From an uncultured Planctomycetia bacterium (GTDB taxonomy: Bacteria > Omnitrophota > Gorgyraeia > 2-02-FULL-51-18), in assembly GCA_964642015.1 (NCBI GenBank), contig CAZXLF010000004.1:115001-179000 (forward strand): a stretch of 64,000 nucleotides of DNA. Reading direction: 5' to 3'. How positions within the stretch are numbered: the stretch's first letter is position 1; each line of letters begins with the position of its first letter. The position numbers and the translations under genes were made by a program. Positions 47,388-56,441 of the stretch are shown here, in pieces. The notes under the pieces are model-generated. The model ran no database searches and was not told where the DNA came from. It worked only from the letters and a program-made list of their open reading frames with translations.

Positions 47388-48185
47388 TTAAGGCATCGCG
47401 AAAAACGTGTCCTTGCCGGATCTTTTCGCCTGAAACATATTTTGGTCGATCTTCTCAATAAATTGCGCTGCATCTAAGGTGCTCGCGTCTTCAAAAGAAA
47501 AAAGGCCAATGCTCACCGTAAGCGAAATATAATCTCTAGCCGTCTTAAAACGGTGCTGCCTCACGTTCTGCAAAATCCTTTTGGAAACAACTTCTGACGA
47601 TTTTAGATCTGCCTCCGGAAGAATAGCAATGAACTCATCTCCTCCATATCGGCCTATAATATCGATCTTACGGATGCTTTGCCTCAAAACAAGCGCCATT
47701 TCCCTTAAAATATAATTACCGACGGGATGGCCATAAAGTTCATTGATATTTTTAAATCCATCGACATCCACCATCATGCCTGACAAAACATGATTGTATC
47801 TTTTGGATCTCTCGACTTCTTTTTCTATTTCTTCCATCAGATGCCGATGGTTGTAGATCCCCGTCACGTCGTCCATCATGGACTGAGATTCTAAAACGTG
47901 CATCATGCTTTCCAAGGATTTATTCTGCGCGCGGATTTTATCGTTCAAATTTCCCAGATAAGCACCGAAAACACCGAAGACGAACGGCGTAAGAAGCATC
48001 ATGTAAGAATAAAAAAAGAGATGCCGGTGAACATCCTGGCTGATCCAAATGTAGTCGATCCGGCCGGCCAGGACCGATCTAAACAAAATACTGCCAGCCG
48101 GAGCTCCAAGGCCCAATATCGCGCCCGTCAACATTCCAAATTGTTTGAAATTCTTATCCGGAGATAACATCAAAGGCTCGGCCAA
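47388..48185 (-). CDS. membrane-anchored diguanylate cyclase (GGDEF)
   Basis: Two N-terminal TM helices. RYGGDEF active-site motif. Confidence 0.8.
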   Translation of the reverse strand: MAEPLMLSPDKNFKQFGMLTGAILGLGAPAGSILFRSVLAGRIDYIWISQDVHRHLFFYSYMMLLTPFVFGVFGAYLGNLNDKIRAQNKSLESMMHVLESQSMMDDVTGIYNHRHLMEEIEKEVERSKRYNHVLSGMMVDVDGFKNINELYGHPVGNYILREMALVLRQSIRKIDIIGRYGGDEFIAILPEADLKSSEVVSKRILQNVRQHRFKTARDYISLTVSIGLFSFEDASTLDAAQFIEKIDQNMFQAKRSGKDTFFAMP

Positions 48186-48209
48186 TTTAAGGGTTTATTT
48201 TTACCGACA

Positions 48210-48962
48210 TCAATAGACTTTTGCAGGTATTGACGCATAGGATTGAAGTTGATCGGCAATATGTTGCAATTTATCTTTACCGACAGGCAAGATACCCTGC
48301 TCTTGAGTGGTACGATCAACCGTATAAATTTGCACTTTTATGGGACGGATAAAGGATATGGCCTCGATCCAATTTTTTATATCGCGTTCGCTAATATTTT
48401 TAATATTACCAGTAACGAACATACTTTGTATAGTCGTATCTTGCAAGTCACGCAGACCGACAAGCATGCTGTCCCAATCAAGTTTCGCGATCGGGCGGTT
48501 AATATATTGACATAGGTAACGGTTGCCTGCATCCAATTTCATAAAGCGTCCATCCAGCTTCGAAAGTGCGATGTGGATCTCTTTTTTCTGGCATGTCGAG
48601 GAATTGGAAAGAATGCCGAGCGGCTTGTTTGGAAAAAAGAGGTTCCGCAATGTCGTCAAACCATCTACGATTTCCGGAAATTGAGGATGAAGCGTCGGTT
48701 CTCCGTTGCCGGACAGCATAAGCCAATCTATTTCTGTGCCCATATCTCTGATCCTCTCAAAATCCGATGAAAGCTGAGCGTAAATATCACCAAAACCGGG
48801 GAAATGCTCGTTACCGATACCGGCTGTGTACTGACAATAAATGCAATCAAATGAGCAGGTCCGCCGATCTATAGGCAAGATATTGATGCCGAGAGATTTA
48901 CCAAATCGCCTTGAGTCCACAGGACCGTAAACCATACGAGATTGAAGTTGTACCGTCTTCAT
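48210..48962 (-). CDS. radical SAM protein (COG0731-like)
   Basis: N-terminal YGPVDSRRFGKSLGINILP followed by the CxxxCxxC cluster CSFDCIYCQ. Confidence 0.7.
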   Translation of the reverse strand: MKTVQLQSRMVYGPVDSRRFGKSLGINILPIDRRTCSFDCIYCQYTAGIGNEHFPGFGDIYAQLSSDFERIRDMGTEIDWLMLSGNGEPTLHPQFPEIVDGLTTLRNLFFPNKPLGILSNSSTCQKKEIHIALSKLDGRFMKLDAGNRYLCQYINRPIAKLDWDSMLVGLRDLQDTTIQSMFVTGNIKNISERDIKNWIEAISFIRPIKVQIYTVDRTTQEQGILPVGKDKLQHIADQLQSYASIPAKVY

Positions 48963-49465
48963 TTGCTAGCCTTTTTGACGCACTCGATTAGCTGTTTTTT
49001 TTCATCGGGGCGCAATTCATCCTCAGCGATCCGGTAAAGAACTTGGGTCTCCACTTGCATATGGCCCCTAAGAAAGCAAATAAGATAGGTGAACTGTTCG
49101 TTGATCTTGTAGATCAGAAATGCCCTGTCCGCGGCAGGTTTTTGAGCTTTCGACAAAGAGGATTTTAATTTGTTCATGCTGTCCCTGAAATCGCTATGTT
49201 CGGAATTCAAAAGGCCGATCATCGGCTTTAGCTTCGGAATATGCCGTGCTAAGAAAGGGAACAATATCTTCTCCTCTTCTATCATGTGGCTTTCAAAATC
49301 TTTTTTAAAATTCGACACGAACTCTTGAGCATGTTTCAAATTCTTACTCAGATTTTGTTTGCCTTCAAAGCGGAGTTTTTCAAGAACGCTGTAGAATTGA
49401 TTCAGATCACGCGCGGTTTGCCTATGATCCCGTTCGAACATCTCAGAAAGGCTTCTAGTTGACAT
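48959..49465 (-). CDS. hemerythrin-like (HHE cation-binding) domain protein
   Basis: Spaced H/HxxxE motifs (ERDHRQ; HMIEEE; SEHSDF; HMQVE). Confidence 0.5.
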   Translation of the reverse strand: MSTRSLSEMFERDHRQTARDLNQFYSVLEKLRFEGKQNLSKNLKHAQEFVSNFKKDFESHMIEEEKILFPFLARHIPKLKPMIGLLNSEHSDFRDSMNKLKSSLSKAQKPAADRAFLIYKINEQFTYLICFLRGHMQVETQVLYRIAEDELRPDEKKQLIECVKKASK

Positions 49466-49557
49466 AGTTTACACCCCTTCTTTCTGAAATAAATTAAACT
49501 ATATAACGCCATAATAATCTGTGATGTCCGTCACTGATATTGGAAAACCATAAAAAT

Positions 49558-51219
49558 TCAGCCGGAAGTCGTCGGACCCACCAGTTGGTCGGCTCTGTCC
49601 AAAGCATCTTTCATATTAGAAAAAACATTATCCTCGCCGATCAGGTCATACAGATCTGACTTGATCATCTGATCAAGCGGCTGGACATGGAGCCCTGTGA
49701 CAATAAGTTGGATGTGGCTTTTTTTGCATTTTTCGTAAAAACTTCTGAGCGCATGCAGGCCTGTTGAATCAATAAATGAAACATTTCGAAACCTTAAGAT
49801 CCTGACCTTCGGTTTAGCGCTGACGATCCGGTCCGCTTCGTCAAACTGGCTCGCCGCTCCGAAAAAAAGCGGGCCGTTCACCTCAAAGATCTGAACTCCT
49901 TCCGGAACACTGAAATGCATTAAACCGTTTTCTTCTTCTTTTTGATCATCCTGGATCTGCTGAGTGATCAGCTTTACGCATTGCACATCGGACATTCTTT
50001 TGATAAAAATAAACGCGGACAAGACCATTCCCAGTTCTATAGCGACGGTCAGGTCAATCATGACCGTGACCAAAAACGTGGTCAAAAGAACAACGATCCC
50101 GCCTTTCGTTCCATGCAACAGTTCACGGAACGAACGCCACTCGCTCATATGATAAGCCACGACCGCCAAAATCCCGGCCAGACACGATAAAGGCACAAGC
50201 TTGATCCATTTACCGAAAAAGAACATCGCTAAAAATAAAGTAAGCGCATGGATCATTCCGGCAACCGGAGTTCTTCCGCCGTTCTTGATATTGGTGACTG
50301 TCCGAGCGATCGCCCCCGTAGCGGGAATGCCTCCGAAAATGGACGAACCGATGTTAGCAATGCCCTGACCGATCAATTCCGTATTCGAGCGGTGATGACC
50401 TCCAATCATTCCGTCGGAAACAACCGCCGATAGAAGCGATTCGATAGCGCCCAGAAGAGCGATCGTAAAAGCCGGCTGGTAAAGGTATTGGATCTTTTGA
50501 AGATCGAAGGACGGGATCTGAGGCATCGGAAGCGTATGAGGCAATTCACCAAAACGGCTCCCGATCGTCTCAACCGGCAAATGAAAATAAACCGCAATAG
50601 CCGATGTCACAAATAAAGCAACGAATGAACCCGGTATTTTTCTTGATATTCTAGGCCAGATCGCGATTGTCACGATCGTCAATAGTGCAAGCAATAGCGC
50701 GCTGTGATTGATCGTATGGAAATTTTCTATCAAAACGCGCCATTTACCAAAAAATTCTGCCGGAAGTTTGCCGGTCTTCAGACCCAAAAGATCCTTTATC
50801 TGTGAAGAAAAAATAACGACCGCAATGCCGCTGGTGAATCCGACAATGACCGAATGAGGGATGAATTTGATCACCGATCCGAAACGCGCAAAGCCCATGA
50901 TCACCAGAAGAATACCCGCCAAAAAAGTAGCGGTCACAAGTCCATCGATCCCGTATTTTTGTACAATGCCATAGACAATAACAACGAACGCGCCCGTTGG
51001 ACCGCCTATTTGAACTCGACTGCCTCCAAAAAAAGATATTAAAAACCCTGCGATGACCGCTGTGTAAAGCCCTTTATCAGGAGATACGCCGGAAGCAATT
51101 GCAAATGCTATAGCCAAAGGGATCGCCACGATCCCTACAATGACACCGGCAATGGCGTCTGACAGGAACTGGCTTGTTGAATATTCCGACAAGGTGGTAA
51201 AAAGTTTGGGGCGGAACAT
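49558..51219 (-). CDS. SulP-family anion permease with C-terminal STAS domain
   Basis: 553 aa. ~11 TM helices plus a STAS domain (…VRILRFRNVSFIDSTGLHAL…). Confidence 0.85.
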   Translation of the reverse strand: MFRPKLFTTLSEYSTSQFLSDAIAGVIVGIVAIPLAIAFAIASGVSPDKGLYTAVIAGFLISFFGGSRVQIGGPTGAFVVIVYGIVQKYGIDGLVTATFLAGILLVIMGFARFGSVIKFIPHSVIVGFTSGIAVVIFSSQIKDLLGLKTGKLPAEFFGKWRVLIENFHTINHSALLLALLTIVTIAIWPRISRKIPGSFVALFVTSAIAVYFHLPVETIGSRFGELPHTLPMPQIPSFDLQKIQYLYQPAFTIALLGAIESLLSAVVSDGMIGGHHRSNTELIGQGIANIGSSIFGGIPATGAIARTVTNIKNGGRTPVAGMIHALTLFLAMFFFGKWIKLVPLSCLAGILAVVAYHMSEWRSFRELLHGTKGGIVVLLTTFLVTVMIDLTVAIELGMVLSAFIFIKRMSDVQCVKLITQQIQDDQKEEENGLMHFSVPEGVQIFEVNGPLFFGAASQFDEADRIVSAKPKVRILRFRNVSFIDSTGLHALRSFYEKCKKSHIQLIVTGLHVQPLDQMIKSDLYDLIGEDNVFSNMKDALDRADQLVGPTTSG

Positions 51220-51290
51220 ATCGTTAGTGTATCACCATAAAAAATCGTATGACCATATATCCGGTTTCTGGGTAATTTTCACAAAGCCCT

Positions 51291-52775
51291 TTATGCGCCG
51301 CTATGACAATCCGAGCAGTTTGTCTCATTCCACCCTTCGATTTCTACAGGATGTTTAAAATCAAGTCCATTTATATTTTTTTCTATGGATCCCTTTGGTC
51401 CTTGCTCTATGATCAGATGGCATGCTTTGCAGTCTTTTGTGATCGTTGCTCCTTGAACAGTTTTATGTTCTCCATCGTGGCATCGAAAACATCCCGGTGT
51501 GTAAAGATGCCCGATATTTTCAGGATGCGTGTCCCACCGAACTTTCATTTCGGGGAACATGTTATTTTGGAACATCACTTTGACGGCTTCCGCCGCTTTT
51601 TCTATCGCATCTTTGTGAGCCGCATAAAAATCCGGCATTTTTTCTTTATAATAATTTTCTAATGAGTTCTTTATCGTGTCAAGCGCTTCATCAGTCGATT
51701 TATATTCCTTCGAAAGAACCTCCATGCCTTTTTCCCTGATCTTCGGGATCAACGCATCAATATCCCCTCTTTGCATCGCCTCATCCATCAAGCGGTAAGG
51801 AGGTTCAAAGCGGTGTGTCGGACGATTATGGCAGTCAATACAATCCATTTTCCTTACCAATGACGCTGGGGGCTCAGTGTCTTTATACTTGGAGCTCGAA
51901 GTTGTATATATTGTCTCTTTTCCGTCTTTATCTACTGTTTTTATCCAGCTTATCTTCTGTCTTTTTTCATCATCGGCTACATAGTAGAGGTCTTGATCGA
52001 TATTCATATGAGCGTGGACACCGCGGGTCTGTCCGTGACCTGCGCCCACATTCATCAGCATGCGCAGATGCCATTCCGAGTTTTTATTGTCAGATAAAAA
52101 ATATGTGCGGTTAAAGTCCATCGTACTGAAAAGTTTTCCGGGCCAGTGGCATTGTTTGCACGTTTCTTCGGCAGGCCGCAGATCCTTAACCGGAGTTTGT
52201 ACCGGTTTTTTATAAGTATTGGACAAATATTTGATCACCTGACGCGCGCCGGAGATCTTAGAATGCACATACCAGTCCGCTCCGGCACCGATATGGCATT
52301 CGACGCATTTAACGCGGCCATGCGGTGAATTTTTATAAGTTGTGAATTCCGGTGTCATAACCCCATGACATAAGACACCGCAAAACTGGACGGATTCCGT
52401 ATAGTGGAAGGCTTTATAAGCGCCGATCACTGACATCAATATTAAAAGTGAAGTGCCTGTAATAAAAACAAGTAGCATGTTTCGATGCTGCGAAATAGAA
52501 AGATCGATACGGAACCTTTGGAGCTCTATGACCGGAAGGCCCTTTGCGATACGGTTCTTCTTCCAGAAATAGCCGATAGGGATCAACAAAAGCCCCAAAA
52601 TCAAGAACGCCGGCAGGATCAGGTAAGTGATCAGTCCTAGATATAAATTCTTGCCATGATCAAAGAAATCCAGCGCAAAAAGGAAAACTTCTATCGAAGC
52701 GACGGTAATGCTGATCATCACGCCGAGGTAGGTGATCACATTGTAAAACAAAGATGAGAATTTTTTGTCGCTCAA
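51291..52775 (-). CDS. membrane-anchored multiheme c-type cytochrome (7 haem motifs; NapC/NirT-related, ImcH/CymA-like)
   Basis: 2-3 N-terminal TM helices, then an atypical CGVLCH (CX3CH) and six CxxCH motifs (CVECH, CKQCH, CIDCH, CFRCH, CKACH, CSDCH). 494 aa. Confidence 0.7.
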   Translation of the reverse strand: MSDKKFSSLFYNVITYLGVMISITVASIEVFLFALDFFDHGKNLYLGLITYLILPAFLILGLLLIPIGYFWKKNRIAKGLPVIELQRFRIDLSISQHRNMLLVFITGTSLLILMSVIGAYKAFHYTESVQFCGVLCHGVMTPEFTTYKNSPHGRVKCVECHIGAGADWYVHSKISGARQVIKYLSNTYKKPVQTPVKDLRPAEETCKQCHWPGKLFSTMDFNRTYFLSDNKNSEWHLRMLMNVGAGHGQTRGVHAHMNIDQDLYYVADDEKRQKISWIKTVDKDGKETIYTTSSSKYKDTEPPASLVRKMDCIDCHNRPTHRFEPPYRLMDEAMQRGDIDALIPKIREKGMEVLSKEYKSTDEALDTIKNSLENYYKEKMPDFYAAHKDAIEKAAEAVKVMFQNNMFPEMKVRWDTHPENIGHLYTPGCFRCHDGEHKTVQGATITKDCKACHLIIEQGPKGSIEKNINGLDFKHPVEIEGWNETNCSDCHSGA

Positions 52776-52868
52776 TGCGTTATCCTTCTTTGATCACAAA
52801 TAAAAAAGCGCCGGATATCCGATCCAACGCTTTTTCATCAAGTGTTTCGGCCTTTAAACCGGCAACGA

Positions 52869-53147
52869 TCATCCGGCCGCCGGGGCTTTCCCTGCCGCTT
52901 TGTATGTTTCGGTATCGGGTGTTTCTTTTATCTTTCTGACTTTTTGCCCGTATTCATTCCAGTCATGCTTACCATCATCTTTCTTTGGAATTTTGTCAAC
53001 ATGGCAAGCGGTGCATTTGGGTTTTTCTTCATCGGGAAACGCCGCCTTGTAGATCTTGGCCTGTTCAAGATTGGCTAACGCAATTCCCGTTGAGCAGAAA
53101 CCCACGATGACCAGTGCAATGGTCTTTGTTAATTTTTTCATACGCAT
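52869..53147 (-). CDS. periplasmic monohaem cytochrome c (MtoD-like by position)
   Basis: 92 aa. Signal peptide. Single CTACH. Confidence 0.65.
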   Translation of the reverse strand: MRMKKLTKTIALVIVGFCSTGIALANLEQAKIYKAAFPDEEKPKCTACHVDKIPKKDDGKHDWNEYGQKVRKIKETPDTETYKAAGKAPAAG

Positions 53148-53181
53148 ATTTCTCCAAGTTAGTTATATGCCACAAATACCG

Positions 53182-55293
53182 TCAGCCCCAATTGATCTTT
53201 GCTTCAAGCCAAAACGTATGGGCGTTGTAACTGCCTATTTCAGCCTCATTGGCGCTGTACTGATACCATGAATATTTCGGCTCGAGCGACAGATCTTTGT
53301 TCAGCTTCCAGGAACAGCCTAACGTTAGATCCACCTGATGAAAATCAGCGCCATAGGGCATTCCAATGATACTAAAATCTTGAAAGTTAGCCGCGCGAAT
53401 ATAATCCGCAGTGCCGGTCAGGATAATATCCTTTGTCAAAGCATACTCGGCACTGAACAGCGTGGTATAAGAGTCGAAATTAAATGTCGGGATAGCTGAC
53501 GCCAGACCCGTGGAACGATCAGGAGTAATGATCTTTCCGTCTTGAAAAGAAAATGATGCCGTCAGCAAAAGATCGTCCACCGGCTGGCTTGATAAATCCC
53601 AAGTATATATATTTGAAATAAGTGCCGTACCTACACTCACATCGTCATTGGGCAGACCCCACGCGGTGTACCGCTTATCCTGGAGCTGATAGCGAAAAGT
53701 TGGCTGAAACCAGCGGACAGGTTTCCAGCTGACGCGAGTTTCAAATTCATCCGTCGCCGTGGACTGTTTATCAATAAATGTAAGCGAAGTATCGCCACCG
53801 TTATTGAATAGATGATTGTAATGAATATCATCCAGTTTATGACGGACTTGAGCCGTTAATGTAACGTGATTCAATGGAAAAATCTGCGCGCCAAGCGTGC
53901 CGGAACCCCTGTACATATGGTCAAGTTCCTGGCGGTTTAAAGTGGTAGCTGCACTGGCACTTGTCAGGTTCATATAAAGGTCGTCCCTGACTTGTTGAAA
54001 ATCATAATCGTTATAAATGGAAACATGCGGAATCCCGCCATAGCGAAACGATACGCTTTCACCATAGCTCATCCTCTTGTCCTGGTTGTTGGCCACATCG
54101 ATCTGATCAATGGATCCGTCCGGCACCGCAGGAGAAATATCCTGAGGCGTTGTAGATTCGCTTCGGCGGTTGATAGCTTCGACCTTAAACCTTGTAATGG
54201 CCGTTATCGGGTTAAGCAATGTCGTCATGAAACTCATCACGCCTGTTTGCGATATGTAATGATTATCCGCAAACGCATTCACCCACTGCTTTGGATTGGC
54301 AAAATTATGGAGCACTCCATTGCCTGTCAACTCATTCAAATTATCCAATTCATGGCTATCGACCTGCGAAAAACGATAGTCGCCGGACACATAGATTTTC
54401 TCTTTCCAAAACCACCGGTTCACACCCAAGAGTGTGGTAAGCAAATCCGTGCGCGGAGACTGATACAGGTCGCGGATCTTGGCATTCGCGTCAGGTGAGC
54501 CGGACACCACTGTATCAAGTTGTTTTTCTTCGCGCATATCATTAGCACGCGTAAATTCCCATCTTTGCTCCGCATTCCAATTAAAACCGGCGACCGTGTC
54601 ATCCAGCTTAGCGCCAAATGAATCAGTTATTTCGTCGATCTGCTGCCACGAGGGAGCGATCTTTCTAACCGTCGATGCGCCAACCCCCGGCGCATTATCG
54701 GTTACACTCGCCCACGATAAGCGCGACTTTGTACCCTCCTTAAAATCACGCTCATAGTCTAACGTGATATCAGGCATATTTTTGATTGAAAGCCCTGCCT
54801 CGACGCCGAACTTTCCAATATTAAGCGCCAATTCTTTATCTGTGTAATTTTGCGCAAGATTAACAAAAGGCCGATATAATCCGCCTGCGTTGCTGTAATA
54901 TTTACGAAACTCGCTATAATCAAAATTAAGATATGCGATGTCATCCTTTTTAAAATGGGCCGATCCGCTGTAATCTCCGTCTTCGGGTATGACATGGCCT
55001 TCTGATTCCAGCGATACATCATTTGAAAATTCCTTATTCAGCTTAAAATCTTTTACACCAAACGCAAAACCGTCATCCATCCAGTGAAGTGCACGGAACT
55101 TGCTCGAATCCCCATCGATAAAAGTGTATCGAGCAGGATCGGCCGTAAGAGAAAAATCTATAGGGTCGGTCTTCGTCTCGGCCGAGTCGCCGGCTAGCAA
55201 AGAATTGGACAATGATAACATCAACAAAAAACCGGACGACACTGCGATAAAATTTTTATAATCCATTTTGCGCATGAATAGCTCCTTAATCAA
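53182..55293 (-). CDS. large outer-membrane beta-barrel protein (MtrB/MtoB/PioB-like porin candidate)
   Basis: 703 aa. Signal peptide. Alternating hydrophobic/polar beta-strand pattern throughout, rich in Tyr/Asn/Asp/Gly. Overlaps the upstream cytochrome gene by 4 nt. Confidence 0.55.
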   Translation of the reverse strand: MIKELFMRKMDYKNFIAVSSGFLLMLSLSNSLLAGDSAETKTDPIDFSLTADPARYTFIDGDSSKFRALHWMDDGFAFGVKDFKLNKEFSNDVSLESEGHVIPEDGDYSGSAHFKKDDIAYLNFDYSEFRKYYSNAGGLYRPFVNLAQNYTDKELALNIGKFGVEAGLSIKNMPDITLDYERDFKEGTKSRLSWASVTDNAPGVGASTVRKIAPSWQQIDEITDSFGAKLDDTVAGFNWNAEQRWEFTRANDMREEKQLDTVVSGSPDANAKIRDLYQSPRTDLLTTLLGVNRWFWKEKIYVSGDYRFSQVDSHELDNLNELTGNGVLHNFANPKQWVNAFADNHYISQTGVMSFMTTLLNPITAITRFKVEAINRRSESTTPQDISPAVPDGSIDQIDVANNQDKRMSYGESVSFRYGGIPHVSIYNDYDFQQVRDDLYMNLTSASAATTLNRQELDHMYRGSGTLGAQIFPLNHVTLTAQVRHKLDDIHYNHLFNNGGDTSLTFIDKQSTATDEFETRVSWKPVRWFQPTFRYQLQDKRYTAWGLPNDDVSVGTALISNIYTWDLSSQPVDDLLLTASFSFQDGKIITPDRSTGLASAIPTFNFDSYTTLFSAEYALTKDIILTGTADYIRAANFQDFSIIGMPYGADFHQVDLTLGCSWKLNKDLSLEPKYSWYQYSANEAEIGSYNAHTFWLEAKINWG

Positions 55294-56114
55294 TATCGGA
55301 GTTTATCGCTAAAATTTGAACCATGCACCGCCGTATGGCATCCTGCGCTCCAACAGGTGCCTTCACTCCATTGGCCTGTCGCGGCGCCTCCGCCGTGATT
55401 ATGCGCGCCGATGATCGGGACATTCAGTTCAGTGTGGCAACGCAAACAAAGGTTATGATCGCGTGCGATCAGCATCTTTTCATGGATCGAGCCATGGACT
55501 TTATGGCAAGTCTGGCATCCTTCGCGCAACGCTTCATGTTCCCACGCAAACGGGCCCCGCTTGTCCTTATGGCACTTGAAACAGGCTTCATTGACATCGC
55601 GCATCGTCGTCGCAGACCAAGGTCTGACTTCTTCTCCATGCGGGGAATGGCAATCTGCGCAACTCATTTTGCCTTCAAGCACCGGATGATGATACGGCAA
55701 ACGGAATTCCATTTTTTTATCGGTATGACAAGCAAAACAAGCGGAAGGATCCTTCTTCGGATTGATAATATTTCCTCGCCCGCCGCCCGCATCGACGTGA
55801 ATGCTCGCCGGGCCGTGGCACATTTCACAATCTTTCACGTCGCCATCTTTGACGCTGATCCGGGCATGCGTAGACAAACGAAATTCCTTCTCTTCTTTCT
55901 CGTGGCACGACGCGCAGGTATCCGAACCGACATATTTAGCCCCTTTAAAAGCCAAAAGTTTTGCTAACGAGCCCTCATTGTTATCCACATTGACAACATT
56001 TTTATCCTCTGCCTGAACTGCGCCGGAAACAAAAAATAGAATGATAACTAAGGCAAAAAATTTGGCCGGCTTTTTAATGCGAAAAAAATTTGAAAAATCC
56101 TTTTGTTTTATCAT
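55290..56114 (-). CDS. periplasmic multihaem c-type cytochrome (7 CxxCH plus 1 possible CX4CH; MtrA/MtoA/OmaB-like)
   Basis: 274 aa. Signal peptide. CASCH, CEMCH, CFACH, CADCH, CFKCH, CQTCH, CLRCH and a terminal CWSAGCH. Very high haem density, about one per 34 aa. Confidence 0.8.
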   Translation of the reverse strand: MIKQKDFSNFFRIKKPAKFFALVIILFFVSGAVQAEDKNVVNVDNNEGSLAKLLAFKGAKYVGSDTCASCHEKEEKEFRLSTHARISVKDGDVKDCEMCHGPASIHVDAGGGRGNIINPKKDPSACFACHTDKKMEFRLPYHHPVLEGKMSCADCHSPHGEEVRPWSATTMRDVNEACFKCHKDKRGPFAWEHEALREGCQTCHKVHGSIHEKMLIARDHNLCLRCHTELNVPIIGAHNHGGGAATGQWSEGTCWSAGCHTAVHGSNFSDKLRY

Positions 56115-56230
56115 CGCCGACGCAACTATTCTAAATTTCCGATTTAAGTATCAATATTAAAAGTTATAAAAATATAATTAATTTTGACTTATATTAACAT
56201 ATTTTTGATTTATAGTTCAACCTAAACTGC

Positions 56231-56278
56231 TTTTAGACTAGCAAATAGTCTAAGAGCAGTCTGTGACAAATGTCACTT
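56231..56278. promoter_or_regulatory. 8-bp inverted repeat (TTAGACTA-N5-TAGTCTAA) next to a CRP-type site TGTGA-N6-TCACT in the cytochrome/ccsBA divergent region
   Basis: TTTTAGACTAGCAAATAGTCTAAGAGCAGTCTGTGACAAATGTCACTTAA. The CRP-like core is at 56263-56278. Confidence 0.4.
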
Positions 56279-56441
56279 AATCTAACCTCTCGGCATTTCA
56301 TGCAACAGGCTAGATCGAATCTGCGCTTAAAACCATCACACGCAAATCACGAATGGACGAACATAAATTGTGCCAACCGACAACATTCGTTGAACAACTC
56401 AGTTTATGTTAGAATAACCGGATCCTTTTGATTAAAAGAAT

